Part shown: piece by piece, positions 12,821 to 24,362 of the stretch | Layout: each line of letters begins with the position of its first letter | How positions within the stretch are numbered: position 1 is the stretch's first letter | DNA from: Raillietiella orientalis | Taxonomy: Eukaryota | Direction: 5' to 3' | NCBI GenBank assembly: GCA_036172245.1 | Contig: JAYWIR010000069.1 | Location: 248,001 to 312,000, forward strand | Length of the DNA: 64,000 bases | Notes under the pieces: model-generated | Databases searched by the model: none | The model's input: the letters and a program-made list of their open reading frames with translations, nothing else | Told to the model about the DNA's origin: nothing | Position numbers and translations under genes: made by a program

Positions 12821-13046
12821 GGGTCAACTTCCAATCCCAGCCAGTCATCGAGGCATCCGGCTACCATCAGTGCCTCACCCGAATGGGCAAACCAGTGCCA
12901 TCCTGCTGATGATGGAGGGGAGTCGCAACCCACAGCGCAGATCTCATTTCTCAGCTTCTCTTTTTCCCCCGGAGGGATTCGAACCCTCGACGCCCGGTGG
13001 CGCCACGCGCTGAGGCCGCCCACGCAGGCTTGAGACCACTGAAGGG
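12821..13046 (-). mobile_element. tRNA-derived SINE-like element (or tRNA pseudogene plus repeated body)
   Basis: Minus strand has an A-box-like CAGTGGTCTCAAG (~13030-13042) and a perfect T-arm/B-box GAGGG-TTCGAAT-CCCTC (12972-12988). No good acceptor stem. Body segment 12821-12865 recurs at 63235-63279. Confidence 0.65.
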
Positions 13047-16000
13047 AAGATCGTCCACCATCCGAGCTGTTCTTCCTTCCATCTGGTCCTCCTTGTGAGG
13101 CTGTGACCCTCCTCATCACGGCCGATGGCTCCACCGCACTGGTTCTCCCAGGAGCGCCTGATGTGTAGTGGAGCTCAGCGATTCCCATTTCATTCATGGA
13201 CCCCCCATTCCGTCTGGTCCCAGGGTCCCGGGGATCCCGCGACGGTTGCTCCTGCCGAAGCCGGAACTCTCCTGCAAGAGGAACAAAGATCCCGATCCGT
13301 CTCTCCCAGGATACGTCCCCGAGCTCTTCCGCTCGCAGCGATGGAGTCCAGAACCGCTTCCCCGGGATTCGGATCGTCAGAGAGGTCACTGGCCGCCAGC
13401 CCTCCGGGCTTTCAGGAGACTCTTCTGGTGCGCGACCGCCACTTGGTCTTCCGGCAACCGAGTTCGAGATGCTGACGGCAGCAGCTGAAGACACCGCTCG
13501 AGGGATTCTGCCCACGCCACTTGCAGACCGAAGGCTGGACGCCGTTTGGCCTTCCTGGAAGAACTGTTGGATGACTACCAGGCTGCTCCGGGGCGTTTCT
13601 TCCGCATGGAAGAATAAACAATTGTGGTGTCTCTGTGGTCGAACCCGTGGTCCACGCGCAATTTAGTGGACTCCTGCCGGGTCACCGACTCGCAGACCGA
13701 CGCGGTGCATCACGGCAGCAGAGGGGAAGGGGGCAAACAAAAAGAAAAAAAAAGAAACAAAAAATACAGATAAATAAACTTTGGAGGGGTGCGGGAAGGG
13801 GTCACATCCTGCTGGGGAAGTTCCTGTCCATCCTCTCTAGGATGCTGGTAAGCTCTTGCTGGATACTGCTGTCCAGGTGGGGCCATCGAGTTGCTATCTT
13901 CACGAAGCGGACGGCAAAGTGGATGTGGCACCCCGGTCGCTCGGTCCTCCCCTTGCTTCGCCCCAGGCAGCGACGATCTCGCGTAGGCAGCCGAGGGCTG
14001 CTGGCGAGGCTACGAGCCGAAGGGCATCGCGTAGGAGGAGGGCCCGTAAGGCGTCCCTGTAGCTGCCGGTTGGGGGGGGCTTGCTAGGGTCGCGGCGAGG
14101 CGTTCCCGGAGGGGCCAGAGGGCAGCACAATCCACGAGCAGGTGCGGGAGGGATTCGCGCGCTTCCCGCACCTGCCGCATTTGGGGTCCACCCCCTTTCC
14201 CCGGGTCCGGTGATGCCTGCGGGCGTTGCACGGGGGACCCCGGCGCATCAACGCCGACTCCCGCCACTTCAAAGGGAGGGTGGGAGTAGGAACTGCTGGA
14301 GCACTGCGGTCCCGAGCACCCCTACCGCCCCGGAGCGAACACCTCGAGCGGCGCCTCCAAGGCCCCGAAGCTCGACGACGACCTTCCTGCGGGTCTGGAT
14401 CCCAGGAAGTGCCTGCTCCCTTCCCCGAGGTCTCAAAGAGTCCCTTGCCGACCCCGTCCCGGAATCCGGGAAAGCGCCCGAGCCCGAATCCGTCCTAAGA
14501 GCTTGCCCTGTGGGCATCCCGGAAGACTCCGACGCCTTTCGAGCTGGCTGCCGGCTTGTTCTCTTTCGTTTCCAGATTGCTCGATTTTTTCTTTTTCTTT
14601 TTTTTGAAAGCAAAAAAAAGGGGGGGGGGCGGGAGGGAAGAGGAAGCGGAGAGATCAGAGAGTGCAGTTCCGGCCGGGAGAAGTGTATCGATCCCGTCTG
14701 GAGCGGTTCTTTGGGGAAGGCGAGGAGCGCGCGCCGTTCCTTCCGCAGCATCCGCGGGGCGTGCGCAAACGCGCGCGCGCGGTTTCCGTGGACGTGGAGC
14801 CGCGACCTTGGCGGGCCATTGCGCAGAGGCTCCCCACTCGATCGCGGCGCTGCTTCGCAGGGACCAACGGGGGTGGCGGGGGGGAAGGCGATCGCGCGTT
14901 TTCGCGGAGGGCGTCCCGGAAGAGGGAAAGGCAGGTAACAGTTGGCGCGAAATCCGCGCCCCAAAGTGAGGCGTCAGGGGCGCATTTGCATCGGCTCCAG
15001 CGGCCCCCGCACCAGCACGAGCATCTCTCTAACGATGCGGCCCCAATATTGATTTTTCATGCTCCCTTATTGTTTTTTGGAACACGGCCTCCTGTTTGCT
15101 CCCGCTGCTGCCGCTCGTTTCGTGATTTATCCACTGGCAGCCCTGCTTTCCGCAGCCGTCGGGGAGGAGGCGGAGGAGGGAGGGAATGACGTCACGCAGG
15201 AGGTTTCCCCTATTGTTGGTTTTTCGCTATCGCGTTCCGCCGGCGGATGATTACAAATCGCCGCCCTTCGTAAGTGGTCGCGTCGGATTTCCGCTCGCCG
15301 CCGTGTTTGCTCGCTCCCGCGGGTGTCTTTGTCCTCGCTGACAGCGCATCCCGCGTGTTTTCCCGGTGTTCCTCCCTGCACCGTACCGGGAAGGGGGAGG
15401 CCGGCTGTGTCCTTGCTTCCTTTTTTTTTTTTTTTTTTTTTTTCTCCTCCGCCTCCCGAAATCGGATCAAGCCTGCTCCATCCCGCGCGAAACGGGAAGG
15501 TCCGCCGCACGCCGACACCCACCCCAAGCGCAAGGAGGGCACGGGTCGGGCCCCCCACCGGCGTGGGATGGGGGGGCTGCAATGCGTGCTACGGAAAAGC
15601 GAACACGGTGTGGTGGTGGCGCACCGTCGTAGGAGCACGCGCGCCTTCCCGGGCCGCGCTCGTGCGCGTTCCGGACGGTCCGGTGTGTGGGCCGGAGGGA
15701 AGAACACCCCCCCCCCCACACACACACCCCAGCGCGGAGCAAGCTGCCTCTCGCCCACTCGAGCAGAACCACCCACGTGACGCAAGCCGTGACGTTGCCT
15801 CGCCCGCGAGCGACGCAGCTTTCTTGTGCCGATCATGTGGCGGGGGGAAAACACTCTTCGAATGCGCAACCCGGGCGGCCATTTTGCTGCCAGCACATTC
15901 ATCTCGCCCCGAATGGACGCAGTGACGCCGGGAGATCCCGCGGGTGAATGGAAGGACACATTTTAATGATAATGAGCTTCCCAGTGAATGCGAGAGGTCG

Positions 16001-18024
16001 TTGCGGATGAAAGTCGGGTCATCCTTGATTAATAAAAAAAAAAAAAAAAAACAGAAGGAGGGACAGAGAGGAAAAGGAAAACAAGCAGAGACGGGAGCGG
16101 CCGAGCCGCGGAGGGATGAAAGAGCGTGCAAATTTCATCCCACCGGGGAGGGCGGTAGGACTTGCGAGACAAAGAAAGTTGGTACACAAGGATGCTTCTC
16201 CCGGCGCATCCCATTGTCCGCGGGTAATTGCTGCCGCCGGATGGGACTCTGCTCGTGACAGCTGCTCATCCCGAAATAATCATCCGCTAATTTATCCCCG
16301 ATCCAGGCCGGGGGGAAAGGGAAAAGGAAAAGGAGGGAGGAGAAGGAGCGCACACTATCCACGGGTCGTGCGCGGGACCGGGAAGCGGAGCGCGGCGGCC
16401 CGCTGGGCGGCAGACCGGGCCCGAAAAATCTCCCCGGCCCTAGCGAGCGACTCGTTCCGGTCGGTGTGCCCCGACGTTTCCTGGGAGACCGCACAGTTCC
16501 CTACGAGCACGCGCCCCCTCCCTCCTTCCGTCGCTGTGGCAACCGGGCCCTGCCTTCCGCGGGAAGAGAAAGTGGTGCGCGCAACGACGAATTCCTCTCC
16601 CCCCCCCCTTCCCCCCTTTCCTTCCTTTCCCCTCCATCTCCATGGCAACCCGATTCCCGCTCCCGACCACCCTGCATCGAGACGCCCAGCGACGCGGGAG
16701 GGAAGAAGAGAACGACACATTCCCTTCCCCCGACGGGCAGCAGCTGCACCTGACGCGCGCCGGGAGACGCTGAAGGGGACGGACGGACTGCAGCGCTCCC
16801 GCCAGAAGGCTTGCGCTCCCCCTCGGGGATGGACAAGGTCTCCCTCTTCCCCCGGGACGAGAGCTCGCCCCCTCCCCCTCCTCCTCCGGAACTTCGCTTC
16901 CGGGTGGGCCACCCTAGAGACTGCTCCCGGAAGCTCTCTCCTCTCGGAGGGGGTGGAGTGGGAAGGAAACTCCCCATCATTTCCGCGGAACTGCTCAGCC
17001 ACAGGTTGCCCGGGGCAACGGGCGAGGAGCCGGCTGCGAGGAGTCATCCATCATCATCATCATCAGGGGACCTTGCGCACCGTCCACTTCCCCCTCCCCT
17101 CCTCCCTCGACGGGCAACCCTCCCGAAGGCAGGCCGAGGAGGGGGAAAAGTGAGGCGGCGGTACCCGTCGGGCGCGCGCGAGGGGCGCGCGTCGCCCTGC
17201 CTCCCTCGCACGATCGATCACTATGTTTCAAAGGCGGCGGCAGAGGCGGCGGGCAGGCGGGAAGAATCGGGAAGAAAGGAGGGGGAGGAGGGTTGGGGAG
17301 CAGGGCCGTGGGAGGAGCCCCTCCGGCGGGAGGGACCGGGTCCTTTGTTCTCCCCGGTCCTTTCCTGCTTCCCCTCGCAAGCGCGCCCGCGCGAGAGGCG
17401 ATCGATCAACCGGGGAGCGAGAGGCAGCTTCCGGAAACCGAGGAAGAGGGGGAGGGGGTGGGCAGGTAGGAAAGGGGTCCCTCACCTCCCTCCCTGCCCG
17501 TCCATCGTCCGGGGCGCGCGCATCCCGGCAGCCCCCGGTGATTCCCGTGGGGAAGGGAAGAGGGGCCAGTCACCAGCATGCTCGCCATGCTCCCTCATTT
17601 CCCCACCGTTCCTTCTAGTTCGAGACCCCGGTAGGACAGGGGGGATGGAGGGAGCTTCTTCCGCTGAGCAGGGTCGCCGTGCGACGACGCTCCCGCAGCG
17701 GGAGAGAGAGCCTCGACTACCGGTCGCTCCCTCCAGGAGTTGCGGCGCGCGCGCGCTCGAGCAAGGGGGGAGGGGAGGCGAATCATCATCACCGACCGAA
17801 TCGAAATTCCTGTCAGCTCCAGATGAGACGAAACAAATTGAAACGCGAGTCGCGGGAACCGCGCGACGCGCGCGCGAGCAGCAAATCGTTTTTTTATTGC
17901 CGTTGCCTTGTTATTCGCCGACATCTCTGCTGCGTAATTCGATTTTCCTTTTTTTTTTTTTCATCGTTATTATTATTTTTTTCATTGTTGCAGCTTCTTT
18001 ATTTCTCCTTCCTCGCTTCTCCCC

Positions 18025-18165
18025 CCATTGTCGTCGTTTTTCCCTTTCGATGTTTCCATTGTCGACAGTCCGTTTAGTCTTCCTGTCATTGTTACCAATT
18101 CATTTGGACTACCTTTCATTGTTGTCTGTTCACTTAGGCCTCGTTTCATTGTTGCCAATTTCCCC
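18025..18165. repeat. Degenerate 30-bp tandem repeat (about 5 units) in a T-rich tract
   Basis: YCATTGT recurs at ~30-bp spacing; the minus ORF shows 10-aa periodicity (ATMKRGLSEQTTMKGSPNELVTMTGRLNGLSTM). Confidence 0.7.
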
Positions 18166-19284
18166 TCTCGTTCCCTTGTTTCTCTTCTTTTTTTTCGTTT
18201 TGGTGTTGCTGCGGTTTTCAAGCGTTACCTTGGCTTTCTTCCGGCTCTGGACTCTCCAAGTTTGTGGCAACCGTCACCCCCAGCACACCGGATGAGGGCG
18301 TCTGCGGGAAGACGCGTAGGATGGCGAGGAACTGCTGCCCGTAGCTTTTCTAGCGGGGCTTCCTCACTTCACGGTTTCCTCCCCGGAAATGCAGCGAGAG
18401 CTTCCCGTGTGAGAACCCAGGAAAAAAAAAGGACGAAGCGATCGCACGGGAGTAGCTGCTGATTCCCACCCCTTCCCGGGGCGGCTCCAAGCATCCTCGC
18501 CTCCTGGGAAGGGAAGAAAAAGAGACCGTCGTTCTATCTCCCCGAAGAGGGAGCGAATTCCCCTTCCCTTCCACCACCGAACGAAGAGAAGAGGGGGGGG
18601 AGGGGGGGCAGGACTGCTCCTGCTCAGAGAGGAGGAGGATGGGGTAGAGGATGCGAGGCGTTGGTTGCAGGGTAGGAGTGAGATGAGTCGGTGCCCCAGA
18701 GTCGATGGGCAACGACCCGAGCCGCGAGGTGAGGAGCGAGGAACGCACCCTTCCTTCCACTACCGGAAGTGGAGCCAGTTCCTGTGAAAACTGTGGGACG
18801 TCATGCGCGCGCGGCGACGCCCGACTTGCCCCTTCGTTTTTGTATTTTTTTTTTTTTTTTTGCTGTTGTTTTGCGCGTGTGTTTTTCTTGTTTCTCCGCC
18901 GCTGCCGTCTCTTCGCCCCTCCTTGCCGTCGTCCCCGCCCACCGGGGAGCTCCGGTCGAGGAGGTGTCGCCGCTGCGGGACCTCGGCGGGCGCTCGGCCG
19001 GCGACGCGACGCGCGCGTTCCTCCAGCCAGCCAGAGGCGGTGGCCGGGTAGCGCGGTCCGCCCATTGGCCGGCGCGTCTCATCGGAGGGAGGGGCCTGTG
19101 CTCCGCGAGCTGCTGCCTTCCCCTGTGCCCGCGCGGCCGGTCGGATTCCGCCTCGGAGGTTGTCCGCCGAGGGACGCGCCGGGCTGCGTGCGCGCGTGTG
19201 CGAGAGAGTGCGTGTGCGAGCGCACGGGAGAGCGAGGGAGCGGATCGTCGTCGTTATGGACACGGCCGCCGCTTCCCCCGCGCC

Positions 19285-22200
19285 ATGTTCCCGGGCATGC
19301 TGAAACCCTCCTCCTCCTCGTCCTCCTCTTCATCCTCCTCGTCCTCCTCCCCCGCTTCCTCCTCCTCCTCGCCCCTGCCCCACCCCGCGGCGATGCTCCG
19401 CCCCCACCACCAGTGCAGCTTCCCCCCTGGTGCGGGACCGCTACCCCCCTTCCTGTACGCCCCCGAGGCGGCCTCCAAGACGGGGACTGCTGGACTGTTC
19501 TGGGACCTCCCGTTCCTACCGGAGGAAAGAGCAGCGGGCAGAGAGCCTGGAGGGCCCTTCGTCCCGACAGAAGTTCCCCTGCGGAGACTACACCTGCTGG
19601 ACCGCCGCGTCGTCTCCAGGGACGACGGGAGAGCATCTCCGCAGCCTCCGAGGCCCCCTGCCCCTGCCCCTCCCCCTGCCCCGGCCTTCCCGGCGGTGCT
19701 GTCGGTCCTGGCTCTGCCCAGGGCGGCGAACCCGGAGGGCGGCGACCTCCTCGGTGGGCGCAGGCCCTGCGAGTTCCTCCTCCCCCGTGTGGGCCCCGTG
19801 TCCCCCGGACCCGCGGGTGGCTGCGGCCCCGACCGGGAGGAGCCCAAGCCGTTCCTCAAGTTCGGGATGTCCGCCATCCTGGGAGAGGAGACCACCCGCA
19901 ACAGAGGTAAAGAGGGCAGGGGCCGGCCCCAGGAGGAGCCCGCGAGACCCCCCGCCCCTCCCCTTCCAGCTGTCCCCGCCGTCCGCTGGCCCATCACGAG
20001 GTATCCCCTCTGTGGCGCCCTCGCCGCGCCCACGGCATTCTGCCCCCTGTTGGGCGGCAAGCAGCAGCTCTTCGAGGAAGGTGAGCTCCCTCGTCCGCCC
20101 GCCCGCTGTGCGTCCGCTCACCCGCGCTCCCCTTCCAGCCCTCCATTACTCCGGCTCCTTCTCCTGGATAGCAGCCAGCAGGGGCAAGCCCAGGAGGGGC
20201 ATCCTCCGGAGGGCTGTCTTCTCCGACCATCAGCGCAAGAGCCTCGAGCGGCGCTTCCAGTCGCAGAAGTACATCTCCAAGCCAGACCGCAAGCGGCTGG
20301 CCGAGAAGCTGGGCCTCAAGGACTCACAGGTGCGTCCCCGCGCGCGCTCACGCCGCGCCCGGGGCGCCCTCTGCCTTCCCCCTCCCCCCTCCCTCAGCGG
20401 ACGCGCAGCGCGACCTCGGGAGCAGCCAGCCAGCCTACCAACCAGGCAGCCCACCGAGGCGGCGAGCCCCACGCCCGGGGACCCCCTGGTCAGCACGCGC
20501 ACCTCGGTATCCCGACGGGCTTACTTCCTTCTTTGCTCCGTGCCTCGATGGACGCACTGCGAGGGATGGACGGACGCATTTCCTTCTTCGGATGGACGCA
20601 CCTCGATCTTTAGATGGGCTCACCACGCGAAACGGATGGACGCATTGAGCGATGTGGATGGACGCACCTCGATGGCGGGCTCCGCTGCGCTCGCGAGGGT
20701 GCCCCTAGCGAACGCCCTTAATGCTAGAGAGAGTGAGAGGTGGCGTCGGTCCGTCAGGCAATCGCGGCAGGGGGTGCAGCAGGGCGCCGCGTGCCGAGGG
20801 GCGATCACAAAGGGTCTGAGGGGGGCGGTCCTTCAGGTGGAAGGGGCAAGAAAAAAGCCCTCGGGGCGGCCGCCGGCCCGGTTAGCAGCATCTGTCGGAG
20901 TTGCCTCTCGGGACCCCCATGGGACGCTGCCAGGCAACCGCGCCGACCTTGCCCGAGGCGGAAGGCGACGACGAATGTCTCCCGCACGTTGCCCCTGCCT
21001 CCCGGTCCGCTGCTAGGGAAACTTTCCCGCTGTCCTGGTAACTGCGCGACCTTCGCTTCCCGCCTCCGTCCATGCTTTCCTTTGAGCCGTCGGAGGCCCC
21101 CTCCCACTTTGGCTATAAGGGGAAGGGGGGAGCGTACTCAGGCAATGTCCGCTGTGACTCGCGACCCGTCTCCGTCGCGACGAACCAGGAGTTGGGGGAT
21201 CTGCTCCCCCGCGGCAACGGACTTCCCCCCCGGTCCTCAAACCCACGGGGGTGACCGGGAGGGCAAACTTCCCTCGAGGTTCTGTTCCTACCATCTTCCC
21301 TGGCCTCTTCGAGGCGGAGTCTCCCTTGGAAACCGAGTCGCAGGCGGAGCGGATCGCGTCCGTGGGCACGGCCCATCCGGACCGCTAGAGAAAGCGATCC
21401 CACTTCTAGGCTTGCCCGGGAGGAGGGTTGGCAGGAGCAATGCGTTGCCCGGAGAGATGCAGACGCAGGGTCGTGACCAAGGGCAACCCGCAGCCGCTCC
21501 TGGCGAAAGCCGACCCATCATGCAGGTGAGGCGGAGGCACGCGCGTTGCCAAGCGAATACCCCCTCTCCCATCGCGGAGCAACGCGGGGTGGACGGTCAG
21601 CAGTCAAGCGCTAGGGAAGAGCCCCGCAGAGGAGATGCACTCGGTCGAAGAGTCTGTGCGGGGTGCTGGCGGCCTCACGCTTGTGGGTCGTAGCCAGGGG
21701 CAACGCCGGAGGCGGGCGGTTGCGCGGAAATGTCGACCCTGTCCGTTCCCCCTCCGGATTCGTACCGACGAGATTTGGGGGGTCCCCATACACCTCGGCT
21801 CCTGTTCTCTGTCTGTCTCTCTTTCCATCCCACTTTCGTCCCTCCAGCCGACGGGCCGACGATTCAGCCGACGTCCCTCCAGTCGCCGATTGCCCCTGTT
21901 GCCCTCCGGAGATCCCGGGACTCTTGCAGGGAGTCTTCATCCGACCTGCCCTGTGCTCTTGCGGCAGTCCGTGAGCCCCACTCCCCGCTTGCGACGGTCT
22001 GCGGCCCGGTCACCACCATCCCTGAGGTTCGGTCCAGGCGTCAGGGCCAGGTTCTTCCGGAGTCAGGTCGGCTTACTTGGGGGCGTTCGAGCCCTCGGGC
22101 GGGAACCGCGAGGGGCCGGATGAATGGGCGCTTTAAGAGGGGAAGGTGTTGTCCTGCCCCTGCAAGTATGGAAAGGGGAGGTGCGCCAGGGAAGCCTCCC

Positions 22201-22460
22201 GGATGTGACGTCATCCTTCTCGTTGCCAGGTGAAGATTTGGTTCCAGAACCGCCGGATGAAGTGGCGGAACTCAAAGGAGAGGGAGCTGCTGGCGTCAGG
22301 AGGGAACCGCGACCAGACCCTGCCCACGAAAAACAACCCGAACCCTGACCTCAGTGACCTAATGACTTCTTCAGACATGAGGGACAGCAAGGAGATATAC
22401 AAGCCCAACGGCGAATCCGACAGGTCCTCCCTGCACCTAATAAACGAGATCTCTGCGTGA
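19285..22460 (+). CDS. Dbx: Dbx (developing brain homeobox) transcription factor, ~384 aa; exons 19285-19906, 19970-20080, 20139-20329, 22230-22460
   Basis: Starts MFPGML; eh1 motif FLKFGMSAIL; homeodomain GILRRAVFSDHQRKSLERRFQSQKYISKPDRKRLAEKLGLKDSQ|VKIWFQNRRMKWRN; Dbx-typical tail SKERELLASGGNRDQTLPTKNNPNPDLSD. All introns are GT-AG with compatible phases (1,1,0). Confidence 0.95.
20543..20676 (+). repeat. Cluster of five GATGGACG(CA) motifs in Dbx intron 3
   Basis: Copies at ~20547, 20565, 20591, 20635 and 20657; two extend as GATGGACGCACCTCGAT. Confidence 0.75.
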
Positions 22461-22559
22461 CCACCGGTCAGATAGCCTTTCTGGAATCACGGTTTTGCAG
22501 GAACCAGGGCCGCTGTCTCCAAAGGGAGAAGGTAAGAGACGTCTCGGGCGTCCGAGAGA

Positions 22560-22715
22560 CGCGCAGATCGCCTCGAGGTCGGAGGCTCCGCCGACTCGCA
22601 GTGGAGTCCGGTAAGGCGCTGGCAGCGATCACGAGGGGATACGTAGGTCGCTTCGGGGTCAGAGGCGCCACCAACTCGCGAGGGAGTCCAAGAAGGCGCC
22701 AGCAGCGACCATCCA
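22560..22715 (+). repeat. ~75-bp degenerate repeat family, locus 1 (2 units)
   Basis: GCCTCGAGGTCRGAGG..CCACCAAC..GAGTCC..AAGGCGCC..CAGCGA-type unit, shared with 24045-24362 and 26340-26410. Confidence 0.65.
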
Positions 22716-24044
22716 ATAGCAAAGACCTCTCCTGGAGGCGCTCGTCTCGCGCCGAGGTCGCAGAGCGCATGAGGAACACCGCCCGCGCGGGGGGAGGACC
22801 CGCGAGCGGACGGGTGATTGCCGTGTGGAACGCTTCTCGCCCGGACTGGAGCACCAGAGGGCTATTCGCGACTCCAGCTTGCGTGCGCCTCCCGAAGAGC
22901 CTCTGGGAGGTTCCTTCGCACAACGGACACTTCGCATGGTTCCCGCTGGCGGGCCATGCGGTCTGATCCAGATGCCAGCATCCGGCTGGAAGCACCCCAC
23001 CCGCGGAATCCCCGCGGCGTCTGGACCTGAGAGGATCCGTTCCCCTTCCCGTCCTTTTCCCACGAAGGCACTTCGGCGGGTCCTCCCGGTTGTCATGGCT
23101 CCAGCGGACCACCGCCGCCGCGTGCTGTCCGTGACACCGGCACGTGGCACGTCTCCGCGGAGCGTGGCGGCTGCCTGCACCGGGAAGAGGGCACTCACAA
23201 GGCCTGTCAGGAAGCGCCCTGCGTAGACCGGACGGGAACATCGTGCGGCGCTCCGTTGGCCCGCCAGAGAGCTCCCTAGGGGGATCTCGGGAGCGCGGGT
23301 CGCCGCGCAGACCAGGACGCAGCCTCGCTCTCCACCTCCCCAGTGAGGACGACCGCCACGCAGGCGCAAGGGTGGGACGCGGATGGCGCCACTCGACCAC
23401 GCCAGCGACATTAGTGATGGGACAGCCTACCTCTTGCCTGAGGGCCTACTGGGGCATACGATGTGAGCTCGCTCCAAGCCTAGGACGAGCCACTCCCGTT
23501 AGCGAGCGGAGATTCCTGGGCGCTCTCCCAAACAAAAGTCGGGATGGGCGACAGGTCGTTTTCTGTCGGTATAGCCTAACGGGGGTGACTCAGCGAACTC
23601 TGATGGGAAAGGTCTTCACGGAGAGAGAGAAGATGGAGTGACTTCGTGTGTGAGGGGAGGAGGGAAAGGTCAGGCAGGAATCCGCAGGCGGTTCCCCGGT
23701 GCTCTCCGCGGCCCGCTAAGGATGCCAACCAGCTGCCTTTCGATCCTCCTCAAGCCGCGCCGGCTGGCCGCCGCCCTCTTTCGGCGGCTCTCCATTGCGC
23801 GGAGGCAGAGACGCCGCTTGCGCAGGCCGGAAGGGCGTGCTGCGGCTCAAGCGCCAGCTCCAGCTACAACCACCAGGTGCTCTCACCTCGCCAGAGCCCA
23901 TGGGAGCAGCGCCCAAGATAAGTGACCACCCGAGGAACGCACGCGGAAGAAAAAATGGCCTCAGTGCCTATGCAGTGGTTGCGGCAGGAGCGTTCGGGCG
24001 CCGAGGCGACTCCTCGACTGCAGCGGCGGCACCATATACAGTCC

Positions 24045-24362
24045 AAGTCGCCAGCAGTGACTTCCGAGGTGACGCATAGGTCTCATCAGGGCAGAGGCAC
24101 CAACATTCGCAAGGAAATCACCGGCAGCAACCGCCGAGGCTCACATTTAGGTTAACTCGAGGTCGGAGGCCTCACCAACCTACGAGTAAGCATGCGAGGG
24201 TGCCGGCAGCGACATCCGAGGCGCCGCGCAGATTGCCTCAACGTCAGAGGAGCCATCACCTCCCGGGAAGTCTCTGGCAGCTACCGTCGAGGCTCACGCG
24301 TAGGTTGCCTCGAGATCAGCAGCACCACCAGCCCGCGGGGGAGTTCGGGAAGGCGCCACCGT
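24045..24362 (+). repeat. ~75-bp degenerate repeat family, locus 2 (about 4 tandem units)
   Basis: Repeated GGCAGC-AC-CGAGG-CACGC-TAGGT-CTCGAGGTC-GAGG-CACCA pattern. Confidence 0.7.

Noticed and set aside
12966..13046. Functional tRNA gene
   Set aside because: Only the T-arm is intact; no convincing acceptor or anticodon stems and no oligo-T terminator on the coding strand.
217..18760. Many long overlapping ORFs (e.g. 5402-6508, 8825-9778, 9139-10233, 16811-18295)
   Set aside because: Arg/Pro/Gly/Ala-rich, open in several frames and on both strands, and running through homopolymers; expected from high GC content. No domain recognised.
18769..21016. 614-aa and 528-aa ORFs as separate proteins
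   Set aside because: They are read-throughs of Dbx exons 1-2 and exon 3 into UTR and intron sequence.
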